Shown one piece after another: positions 21,033 through 28,545 of a stretch of DNA of 32,000 bases. Location: NCBI RefSeq assembly GCF_000009965.1, contig NC_006624.1:1470001-1502000 (forward strand). The letters run 5' to 3'. The position numbers were made by a program, and so were the translations under genes. The notes below the pieces were generated by a model. It searched no databases. It saw only the letters and a program-made list of their open reading frames with translations, and was not told where the DNA came from. The stretch's first letter is position 1. Each line of letters opens with the position of its first letter. Source of the stretch: Thermococcus kodakarensis KOD1. GTDB taxonomy: Archaea; Methanobacteriota_B; Thermococci; Thermococcales; Thermococcaceae.

Positions 21033-21206
21033 TCACTTCTTCCACTCGGTATAACCACATCTTCCACAGGACCAGCGGTCCTTGTGGTTGGCCATAAAGA
21101 CTCCCGGCCCGCAGCGCGGGCAGAACTTGTTCTTCCTAACGACCTTACCACCCTTGACTTCGTAGAGCTTCCACTTCTGGCTGGTCTTCTTCTTACCCTT
21201 GGCCAT
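21033..21206 (-). CDS. rps27ae: 30S ribosomal protein S27ae (eS31)
   Basis: This gene is not in the ORF track because it is under 60 aa. My hand translation is [57 protein letters not shown], with a C4 zinc ribbon. Confidence 0.9.
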   Translation of the reverse strand: MAKGKKKTSQKWKLYEVKGGKVVRKNKFCPRCGPGVFMANHKDRWSCGRCGYTEWKK

Positions 21207-21216
21207 CTACACCACC

Positions 21217-21513
21217 TCACTCCTCCTGCTTCTGGACAAGGCCGTCCCTAACGAGGATGTACTCGGGCTCGATGTAGAGCATCCTCTCCCTCGTCTCGTA
21301 GGCCTTGGCGTAGCCCTTGCTGACGTTGCTTCCGAAGTAGCTCCTGATGTACTGAATAACGGTAGTGTTCGGGTCGAGGTCGAGCATCGCGACGAGCTTA
21401 CCCTTCACCGCTTCCCTGCTCGGGGTAGGCTCGCCCTCATGAAGGACGTCGAAGTATATCTCCTTCCTTCCCAGGAGCTTGTTCTCCCTTATCTCGGTAA
21501 CCTTAATCTCCAT
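21217..21513 (-). CDS. rps24e: 30S ribosomal protein S24e (eS24)
   Basis: [23 protein letters not shown]... is the typical S24e N-terminus. The track ORF carries a 12-codon spurious extension. Confidence 0.92.
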
Positions 21514-22036
21514 CACGAACCACCTCCATACTCGCGAGTATCTTGGCACACCTGCGCTTGCATTCGGGTGTTACCTTTATAAGCACTACCCCTTCATCGG
21601 GCTGGCCGTACAGGACGAGCGTTCCGAGTGGGGCGTACAAGACGGCCGGGATCGCCGCCAAGTCCTCCTCCCCGCTGACCAGGATGTGGACGTTTCTCCC
21701 CCTTTCAGCCAGCCCGAAGGCCTTCCTGACGGTGTCTAATAAAGCTTTCGTTATAGTTCCAGGGGGGTTTGTTACGGTCAGAAAAACGGCGGTGTCCTCA
21801 ATCTCGGGGGAGTATTCTTTTCTCTTCGTCTTGAGATCGTAAAGGGCAATTATTGGTTTGACGCCGATCTTGAGGACGTTCTCCGTGACGACATCCCCAA
21901 CAGTGACAACGGGGTGTTTCTCGAGCTCACCCCTAACCTTAAGGTAGGGTTCAGGAATCGGCCCCCTAACCAGTTCACCTAGGGGCCTCTTCAGCTCGTC
22001 CCTCAGTTCTCTAGTAAGCCTGAAGAACATTTTCAC
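21503..22036 (-). CDS. DUF359 protein = GTP-dependent dephospho-CoA kinase (archaeal DPCK)
   Basis: About 175 aa, with VTVGDVVT and [13 protein letters not shown] motifs of DUF359. It sits in the conserved position between spt4 and rps24e. The assignment comes from my memory of TK1697. Confidence 0.82.
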
Positions 22037-22236
22037 CTTACCCTGATGGCGTACTTGCCGGGAACCTTGGCGGCCTCTGGTATGCTCTCCCTGAGCTTCT
22101 TCGCTATCCTTGACTCGACATCTAGGACTATCACTAGGTCGAACCAGTCATCGCTGAGGTCCCTGCTGCCGCAGACGGGACAGCGGTCTTCAGTCGTTAT
22201 GTAGTGGCAGTGCCTGCAGGCCCTCTCCTTGGCCAT
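22033..22236 (-). CDS. spt4: Transcription elongation factor Spt4 (RpoE'')
   Basis: The zinc ribbon is CRHCHYITTEDRCPVCGS. It lies immediately downstream of rpoE'. I prefer ATG 22236 over the GTG at 22242. Confidence 0.9.
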   Translation of the reverse strand: MAKERACRHCHYITTEDRCPVCGSRDLSDDWFDLVIVLDVESRIAKKLRESIPEAAKVPGKYAIRVR

Positions 22237-22238
22237 AT

Positions 22239-22811
22239 TCACTCCCCCTTGGATTCTTCCTTAGCTTTTTTCTTCTCCTTCTCAATCCACTCGAACTTTC
22301 CAAGGCCAGGCTGGCGCATCGTCATGTTTATCTTGTTCTCCCTGATTACCCTGCTCTTGACGCTCACGCCGATTATCCTGGCCCTCACGTAGTCACCGAG
22401 CTTGAGAACCCTGTTGGTTTCTTTGCCAATGAACTGCCTGTTCTTCTCGTCGAAGACTACGTAGTCGTCCATGAGCTGGCTGATGTGGACGAGGCCGTCC
22501 ATCGGGCCGATTCTTATGAAAGCACCGTAGGGCATCATCTCAACGACTTCGCCCTCGACGACCTCCTGGTTCCTCGGCTCCCAGACGAGAACGTTGAATA
22601 TTGCCTCGTGATATGTAGCACCGTCGCCCGGAACGATGACCCCCTCGCTGATTTCCTCAACGTCGAGGATCGCCAGTACAACACCCTCGTCTCTGTCGTA
22701 TATGCCCTCGTAGGTCTCCCTGAGGACTATCTTCGCGGCTTCCTTTGGGTCCATCGTGAACATCCTGGGTGGAATCCTCACGACGTCCTTAACTTTCAGG
22801 AGCTTGTACAT
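22239..22811 (-). CDS. rpoE1: DNA-directed RNA polymerase subunit E' (Rpo7), S1 domain
   Basis: The N-terminus is MYKLLKVKDVVRIPPRMF and the S1 fold segment is GEVVEMMPYGAFIRIGPMDGLVHISQ. Confidence 0.93.
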   Translation of the reverse strand: MYKLLKVKDVVRIPPRMFTMDPKEAAKIVLRETYEGIYDRDEGVVLAILDVEEISEGVIVPGDGATYHEAIFNVLVWEPRNQEVVEGEVVEMMPYGAFIRIGPMDGLVHISQLMDDYVVFDEKNRQFIGKETNRVLKLGDYVRARIIGVSVKSRVIRENKINMTMRQPGLGKFEWIEKEKKKAKEESKGE

Positions 22812-22847
22812 GCCTCAACCTCCTTCAGAAGGGAAAAGGAGAAGGAA

Positions 22848-23384
22848 TCACTCCTTCTTGCCGAACTTCTCCTTGTAGAGTTCGATGGCCCTGAGGATCT
22901 CTTTCTTGGCCTCCTCGGCGTTGCCCCAGCCCTCGACGGTGGTGGTCTTTCCTTGCAGCTCCTTGTACCTCTGGAAGAAGTGGGCTATCTCGTCGAGGAA
23001 GGCCTTTGGAACGTCATCTATGTCCTTCCAGTCCTTGAAGTACGGGTCCTCAACGGGAACGGCCAGAACCTTCCAGTCCTTGTCGCCGCTGTCCTCCATC
23101 TTCATTATGCCTATCGGCCTCGCCTCGACGATGGTGAGCGGATATACCGGCTCGCGCATGATGACCATGATGTCGAAGGGGTCGCCGTCGTCGTACCAGG
23201 TCTGCGGGATGATACCGTAGTCAACCGGGTAGAAGAACGGGCTGTAGAGGACCCTGTCGAGCTTCAGAAGACCTGTCTTCTTGTCAAGCTCGTACTTGTT
23301 CCTGCTCCCCTTCGGGATCTCTATAAGGGCGTAAACGACCTCTGGAACCTCCGGTCCGGGCTCAAGCTCGTGGAACGGGTTCAT
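22848..23384 (-). CDS. ppa: Inorganic pyrophosphatase (family I)
   Basis: Family I signatures are present: [17 protein letters not shown], and [10 protein letters not shown]. Confidence 0.96.
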   Translation of the reverse strand: MNPFHELEPGPEVPEVVYALIEIPKGSRNKYELDKKTGLLKLDRVLYSPFFYPVDYGIIPQTWYDDGDPFDIMVIMREPVYPLTIVEARPIGIMKMEDSGDKDWKVLAVPVEDPYFKDWKDIDDVPKAFLDEIAHFFQRYKELQGKTTTVEGWGNAEEAKKEILRAIELYKEKFGKKE

Positions 23385-23441
23385 ACCTAACCACCTCTAA
23401 CCTTTTCTTAGAACTCCTAGCTTTGCTTTCCGGTTCTGCTT

Positions 23442-24404
23442 TTAAAGTTGTTGGTATTCGTAGACTGTGTCGCCGTCCGCTATCGAATAGACGTCGCCCT
23501 CATTACTGCCGTCGTGGACTATCGGCCTGTCCACAAGCTCAAAGACCCTCTTAAGGTCTTCGGGAGTTTTGAGTTCGACTTTTCGTGTTCCTTCAGGGGA
23601 TTTGCCTTCAACTACATACTTCCTCAGTGAAGCAAGTTCGTCTTTGGGCTTCTTCTCTCTCTTTGAGTAGACAAAACCGAGCGGTGGAACCGCGAAGAGC
23701 AGGGCCATGGCGGGAAACACCTTTCTCGCAGTGGAGTCCTTAACGCTCGTCCCAACGAAGCCAACGCTGTTTTCAGTTATACTTACATTCCTCTCAACTT
23801 TCTGGTAGTCCTTGGTCGCTCCGTCAAGGCTCAGCATTCCTGAAGTGTCTTTTTTCAGCTGGATCTTCTGTGTGAATGGTTCACGTCCATTTATACTGAC
23901 AGTAACAGTTAGATAAACTTCGTTCTCGGCCCTGTGCAGGTCAGTGCCTTCCCGTATCTTTTTGAGCTCTTCTCCAAGCGATGTCATGTTAAACTTCACT
24001 GGAACCGAGAATGAACCGGCGAAGTTCCCCGATGCTATCTCAGTCGTCCTGTTGAGCAGGTAAACTGGCTTCCTGTTCACCGAGACGTAGTAGTTTGAGT
24101 GCATCTCTATTTTATAACTGCCTGAAGCCCCAGGTGACGTTGAGTACCTGTATTCTCCTCTTATTACGTCGGTTATCCCCGAGGGATAATACTTCAGCGA
24201 GGTGCCGTTCTGGTAAACGGTCTCGTTCGAGAAGAGGGCGTAGTGCCTCAGTGAACCACCTTCAGAATAGGCGGTAGTGTAACTAACATCCCTGGTTGAC
24301 ACCGGCGTTGCGTAAGCTATAACCGAGTAAACACCAAAAAGAACCGCCAGTGAGAGTGAAATTCCAAGGCCCGCAATCAGGGCCTTCTTTTTATTTACCT
24401 TCAT
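23442..24404 (-). CDS. Bitopic/two-TM membrane protein with a large extracellular domain and small cytoplasmic C-terminal domain (DUF5305-like by memory)
   Basis: The N-terminal TM is ALIAGLGISLSLAVLFGVYSVIA and the second TM is VFPAMALLFAVPPLGFVY, followed by about 70 aa of charged tail. It is the last gene of the co-directional cluster, and GGAG precedes the ATG. Confidence 0.8.
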   Translation of the reverse strand: MKVNKKKALIAGLGISLSLAVLFGVYSVIAYATPVSTRDVSYTTAYSEGGSLRHYALFSNETVYQNGTSLKYYPSGITDVIRGEYRYSTSPGASGSYKIEMHSNYYVSVNRKPVYLLNRTTEIASGNFAGSFSVPVKFNMTSLGEELKKIREGTDLHRAENEVYLTVTVSINGREPFTQKIQLKKDTSGMLSLDGATKDYQKVERNVSITENSVGFVGTSVKDSTARKVFPAMALLFAVPPLGFVYSKREKKPKDELASLRKYVVEGKSPEGTRKVELKTPEDLKRVFELVDRPIVHDGSNEGDVYSIADGDTVYEYQQL

Positions 24405-24423
24405 CTAAACCAACTCCAAATCT

Positions 24424-25371
24424 TCAATCGTCGTCTGAACAGGCGACGCTAACCTCTATTCCGTTGCTCCTTCCCGGGTAGCCGTCTATAGTTGCCCCGT
24501 CGTTGAGTGAGTAAGTGCCGCATGAGGTGAACTCCTGCTGGTTGCCGTTGTTAACCCTTGTGAATATCGTCACGTTGATGTGCTCGCTTCCTCCAGCCGG
24601 AACTAATACTTTCCACTTCATCTTGGTTGCAGGATGAGAGTTCCCGTTCTGTGAATTTCCGTTTCCATTGCCGTTTCCCTGGTTAGCGGCCCAGAAGCTG
24701 TACGTTCCCGAGCTCGCCGAGACTTCCGAGAGGCTGACGTTGAACTCAGCTGGTATGGTGTCCCTGACCGTTAGGTTCAGGTCGTTGTCAGTTGGGTTAG
24801 AGACTTCTATCTGGAACGTCCACTCCTGGTAAGTCTTCAAAGGTATGTCGCTCGTGTTTCCCGAGAGCAGAGTCTTCGTTATTCTCGGATCGTCGAGAAC
24901 GGTAATCTTTACAGGGCAACTCTCAATCACCGCGCCCCCTCCGTCCCAGGTGGCGTAGATCGTGACCGGAACGTAGTACTCTCCAGGTGTGGCCGAGCTG
25001 GCCGCAACGTGTCCACCGAAGGTATGTGAGTCCCCAGGTGCTATGTCAACTGGTGTTCCCGTACCGCTCTCAACGTCCAGATACATTCCAGCTGGAACAT
25101 AGCAATAAGCCGGTTCCAGAGTAATGCTCACGTACTCGTTTGTTATGAGCTGGTTCTCCAGCGTCATTACGTCGAAGTCCTTTCCTTCCCCATTCAGAAC
25201 TATAACTGACGCAATCTCGCCGTCCGAACAGTTAAAGCCCACGTATTCGTCCTCGTGGGAGACGACCATTACGCTCGCCGCTCTGGACGATGAATATTCC
25301 CTGAAATTCCCGCTGGAGCCCACGATGAGGAAAGCCCCCATCAGGAAAACAAGAACTATAATTGCTTTCAT
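24424..25371 (-). CDS. Secreted protein sharing the post-signal NFRxY motif, with a DUF11-like repeat region and a GN-repeat
   Basis: The signal region is MKAIIVLVFLMGAFLIVGSSGNFREYSSSRAAS. It also carries LTVRDTIPAEF and GNGNGNGNSQNGNS. Its start overlaps the peptidase stop in ATGA (25368-25371). Confidence 0.8.
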   Translation of the reverse strand: MKAIIVLVFLMGAFLIVGSSGNFREYSSSRAASVMVVSHEDEYVGFNCSDGEIASVIVLNGEGKDFDVMTLENQLITNEYVSITLEPAYCYVPAGMYLDVESGTGTPVDIAPGDSHTFGGHVAASSATPGEYYVPVTIYATWDGGGAVIESCPVKITVLDDPRITKTLLSGNTSDIPLKTYQEWTFQIEVSNPTDNDLNLTVRDTIPAEFNVSLSEVSASSGTYSFWAANQGNGNGNGNSQNGNSHPATKMKWKVLVPAGGSEHINVTIFTRVNNGNQQEFTSCGTYSLNDGATIDGYPGRSNGIEVSVACSDDD

Positions 25372-26444
25372 AACCTACCATCTCCCGTTAGTTTGGATAA
25401 AATCTTCCCCTTTCTTATTGAGATCATCTCTCCCGAAATCCCGGAGATCCAGTAAAATGCAAGCATCAGTACCGAGAGTGGGATCAGGTACAGCACCAGC
25501 GGGAAGTACGGGCTGATTGAGTACGCCCAGTTTATCAGGCTGTAAGGCAACAGAGCCGGGTATGACCACACAGATACTTCTTCCCTGTAAATCCGGGTGT
25601 CCACCGGAACGGTCACGGTGAGGCTGAGGTTCTGGGCCTCTCCGCCCCCGAGACGGAAGCCGGTTGTTTTCAGCTCGACCCTACCACTGTCATCCTTGAA
25701 GAAGTAGTAGAACGGATAAACCGCGTGGTTCTCAACGCTGAGGTTCTTCTCAAAGGTTGTTCCGGGTAAGTGCCAACCATCAGTCTGTCCTCCGGCCAGG
25801 GTCGAGGAGTACGTAAACGCCAGCGTCCCCCATGATGCAATGATGACCGCCAGAAAACCCGAGATTATGAGGACTGAGACTATCCCGTAGAGTGTTTTTC
25901 CCTGAATTCTGATGAACCTCCGGCGTTTTGACCTTCTTCTGCTTCTCTCCTTTGAGCTTCCAGAGAAAGTGAGCAGGCCGCCGAGGATCACTATTATCAC
26001 TATGGCATAGACGTTCGTCAGCCTTTTCCTGAGGTTCACTATGAAATCCCCACCGCCCCTGATCACCAGGGGATGGTTTGAAATCTGGACTACTTTTCCA
26101 GCAATATCAACATGCTCAACCTCGGGATACGCCCCATCCTGCTGGTCTGTAGCAACGTTGTGGTCCCCTTTGGTTATGTACTTTCCATCAACAATTGCAT
26201 AAACCCTATGGACTGTCCAGCCATCTCTTCTGTGGAAGACTATAATATCCCCAACCTCAGCATTCCTTGAAAGGGGGTTTATGAAGAAGAGGTCGCCCTT
26301 GTTGATCGTGGGCGTCATGCTCTCAGAATAGGCATAAGATACTAGAATCGGCCTGTCAAGGATGAACCCCACCACTGAGGCTACGAGTATCATAAAAATT
26401 ACGGCTGTAATAATGCCTTCGAGCAGTTTTTTCATCCTTAACAT
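25368..26444 (-). CDS. Signal peptidase I (ER/archaeal/SipW type) fused to a C-terminal multi-TM plus beta-rich extension
   Basis: The catalytic boxes are YSESMTPTI (Ser), GDIIVF, WTVHRVYAI (His) and KGDHNVATDQQD. These are followed by about 200 aa containing 4 hydrophobic helices and an RRRSKRRR loop. The start is ATG 26444 or 26435; the longer track ORF overlaps the upstream gene. Confidence 0.88.
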   Translation of the reverse strand: MLRMKKLLEGIITAVIFMILVASVVGFILDRPILVSYAYSESMTPTINKGDLFFINPLSRNAEVGDIIVFHRRDGWTVHRVYAIVDGKYITKGDHNVATDQQDGAYPEVEHVDIAGKVVQISNHPLVIRGGGDFIVNLRKRLTNVYAIVIIVILGGLLTFSGSSKERSRRRSKRRRFIRIQGKTLYGIVSVLIISGFLAVIIASWGTLAFTYSSTLAGGQTDGWHLPGTTFEKNLSVENHAVYPFYYFFKDDSGRVELKTTGFRLGGGEAQNLSLTVTVPVDTRIYREEVSVWSYPALLPYSLINWAYSISPYFPLVLYLIPLSVLMLAFYWISGISGEMISIRKGKILSKLTGDGRL

Positions 26445-26487
26445 CTCTTCAAGATTAACAAAGTGAGGCAAAGGCCTCAAAAGGAAA

Positions 26488-27027
26488 TCACGGGCTTCCG
26501 CATTCGCCTGCAACGGCCTCAAAGCTGAGCTGGAACTGATCCATGCCGAGGCTTGCGTTGGTGTTGTCAAAGATCATACCAACTGGCACGGGGTCTCCGT
26601 AGTTGACCGTGAACTCGAGGTTGTTTGACGGCCCTGCTATCGGACTGTCGTAGTCTCCTGCAAAGAGCAGGACGTTGTCGTGGTTGCTCTTTATGGTAAC
26701 ACAGATCGGATAGTTTGTCTGGTTGTTCTCCCAAAGGTCGTTGCTTACCTCGAACATTTCCTCAAAGACGTAGGTGGTGTTCGGGCTCATGCCCGTTCCG
26801 CCCCAGTCGGGGTGGTTCGGGTTATATTCGCTTATGTCCACGTAGAGCTTTCCAGCGTCGTAGGTCACGTAGGGCTGGAGTGCGGTCAGGTCAATAAGTT
26901 CGTTGTCGTCGGAGACGACATCGAAGCTCGCAGTCCTGTCGGCGGAGTAGTACCTAAAGTTAGCACCCGCGCCGACGGCCAGGAGCATTCCAACCATTAA
27001 CAATGCCAATCCAAATAGTTTATTCAT
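26488..27027 (-). CDS. Small secreted protein, paralog 1 (candidate fibre/pilin-like subunit; DUF1102-like by memory)
   Basis: The class-1 signal peptide is MNKLFGLALLMVGMLLAVGAGA, followed by NFRYYSADR. It shares DDNELIDLT, VDIS..NPN.P, FEVSNDLWE and a C-terminal GECGSP with the next gene. GGAGG is the RBS. Confidence 0.85.
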   Translation of the reverse strand: MNKLFGLALLMVGMLLAVGAGANFRYYSADRTASFDVVSDDNELIDLTALQPYVTYDAGKLYVDISEYNPNHPDWGGTGMSPNTTYVFEEMFEVSNDLWENNQTNYPICVTIKSNHDNVLLFAGDYDSPIAGPSNNLEFTVNYGDPVPVGMIFDNTNASLGMDQFQLSFEAVAGECGSP

Positions 27028-27041
27028 CTTTCATTCCTCCT

Positions 27042-27638
27042 TCACGGCTGACCGCAGTTTCCAGCTATCTCAGCGGGCTCTGTGCCGAGCCTGTAGGCTT
27101 CAATGTGTACCGCTGCGTTGTTGGTTGTACCTGGTGCGTCGTTCGCGACGGTAAAGTCCATACCGACCTTAACCGCGTCTCCGTTGTTCACAACAAAGCA
27201 GACGTCGTTCCTCGCCATGTCGCTGGCGTAAACTGTCTGGCCGGTTGTGCTGTCGTGGACGTCAAACTCATGTCCGTAGAACTGGATCATGGTGTTGTCG
27301 CTGGTTATCCTTACGACTATCGGCATTCCCTCTTCCCATAGGTCGTTGCTGACTTCAAACACTTCATCGAAGTTGTACTCTGAGTTCGGGCTCAGGCCCA
27401 TTCCATATCCTGGGTAGTTCGGGTTGTTCGGGCTTATGTCCACAACTAGGACGCCGCCATCGTTAATGTACGCGTAGGGCTGAATTGGAGTCAGATCGAT
27501 GAGCTCGTTGTCATCGGTCACGATGTTCCAATGAACGCTCCTGTCCGCGTTGTAGTCCCTGAAGTTAGCTCCAGCCCCCAAAACGAGGCCAAAGGCCACC
27601 AACAGGCCAAAAATTCCCAAAGCAAGATTCTTTTTCAT
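27042..27638 (-). CDS. Small secreted protein, paralog 2 (candidate fibre/pilin-like subunit)
   Basis: MKKNLALGIFGLLVAFGLVLGAGA is followed by NFRDYNADR, and the C-terminus is GNCGQP. The GGAGG RBS lies at 27645-27650 (minus strand). The 42-codon N-terminal extension in the track ORF is not credible. Confidence 0.85.
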   Translation of the reverse strand: MKKNLALGIFGLLVAFGLVLGAGANFRDYNADRSVHWNIVTDDNELIDLTPIQPYAYINDGGVLVVDISPNNPNYPGYGMGLSPNSEYNFDEVFEVSNDLWEEGMPIVVRITSDNTMIQFYGHEFDVHDSTTGQTVYASDMARNDVCFVVNNGDAVKVGMDFTVANDAPGTTNNAAVHIEAYRLGTEPAEIAGNCGQP

Positions 27639-27825
27639 TTTTTCGCCTCCTATACGGAGGCACTGTGGTACGGAAGCAGGTTCCGAAATACCAGAGGTGT
27701 TTCGACACCACATCGGTGGGCAACACAGTGCCCTTGGCGGACGACCATTACGGTCGCTCCACAATCACATGGGTCCTTCAGATATATATGAAGTTGGGGA
27801 TTACCACATAGTAATCAGTCATTAC

Positions 27826-28317
27826 CTACACATTATCCTCTGATTTTTCAGGGTTTTTTCGCTCCCTTGGTCTGGCTATGAGGTACGTCCTCCTGTGCTG
27901 TATGGCAGATACTACCAGATAAGTCACTGCAGCAAAGAGGAGGAGGACGTTGCCGAGCCATAGGGCCATGAGGGCAAAGATAACTGAGAGGCCAGCATAG
28001 AACACGCTCCAGCTTATGTCGTTCTTCTGGACAACTTCCATGTAGAGGGTGACGTTGTCAGGAACCTTGAGGAGGGTTATCCTCCCTCTGCTGAAAGTCA
28101 CAATTCCCTCCCTCTCAAGCTTTGGCAGGTGCGTCTGCATAAGGCTGACATAGACGCTCTTCCTGTGTTTTCTGTCGGTGTTGCCCTCCCTCTCGGCTAT
28201 GTACTCCACAACATCCCTGAGCTCAGCGCTCCCGTTTTTCCTCTGGAGGAACTCTATGAGGAGCATCCGCCTCTTGTTGCCGAGTATCATCCTGGAAGGA
28301 GCTTTATTGCTAGCCAT
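27826..28317 (-). CDS. Membrane-tethered winged-HTH regulator (N-terminal wHTH, two C-terminal TM helices)
   Basis: The wHTH segment is LLIEFLQRKNGSAELRDVVEYIAERE...SVYVSLMQTHLPKLEREGIV. The TM segments are WSVFYAGLSVIFALMALWLG and VLLLFAAVTYLVVSAI. Confidence 0.75.
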   Translation of the reverse strand: MASNKAPSRMILGNKRRMLLIEFLQRKNGSAELRDVVEYIAEREGNTDRKHRKSVYVSLMQTHLPKLEREGIVTFSRGRITLLKVPDNVTLYMEVVQKNDISWSVFYAGLSVIFALMALWLGNVLLLFAAVTYLVVSAIQHRRTYLIARPRERKNPEKSEDNV

Positions 28318-28323
28318 AGCTTA

Positions 28324-28545
28324 TCATCTCACCCTGTAGTGCTTTCTCTTGTTGTAGAAACCACTGTTGTAAAATGCCTCCACCACACCCCTCGAGACAA
28401 GATCCCTCAAGACCCTCTCAACTCGCTGACGGGTGCATTCAACTCCCATCTCGTTCAAGAACCTAGTGATAAAAGCAACGCTTAAGGGGCCCTTTTTCTT
28501 CAACAGGGCAATGATCTCGCCTTCAAGGTTTACATTTCCATTCAT
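28324..28545 (-). CDS. Small winged-HTH DNA-binding protein
   Basis: The 73 aa product carries IIALLKKKGPLSVAFITRFLNEMGVECTRQRVERVLRDLVSRGVV. It ends 6 nt upstream of the next regulator gene. Confidence 0.65.
   Translation of the reverse strand: MNGNVNLEGEIIALLKKKGPLSVAFITRFLNEMGVECTRQRVERVLRDLVSRGVVEAFYNSGFYNKRKHYRVR

Noticed and set aside
21008-21220. A 70 aa ORF on the minus strand ([16 protein letters not shown]...)
   Set aside because: It is in the wrong frame. The same interval encodes the 57 aa zinc-ribbon ribosomal protein S27ae (21033-21206) in another minus-strand frame.
22485-23390. A 301 aa ORF on the + strand
   Set aside because: It is antisense to rpoE' and ppa, both unambiguous on the minus strand, so it is a shadow ORF.
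27639-27764. A 42-codon N-terminal extension of the 240 aa track ORF (and the similar 26445-26570 extension of the peptidase ORF)
   Set aside because: The extensions are non-hydrophobic, Arg/Pro/Cys-rich and precede a perfect signal peptide with its own GGAGG RBS. The peptidase extension would overlap the upstream gene by 83 nt.
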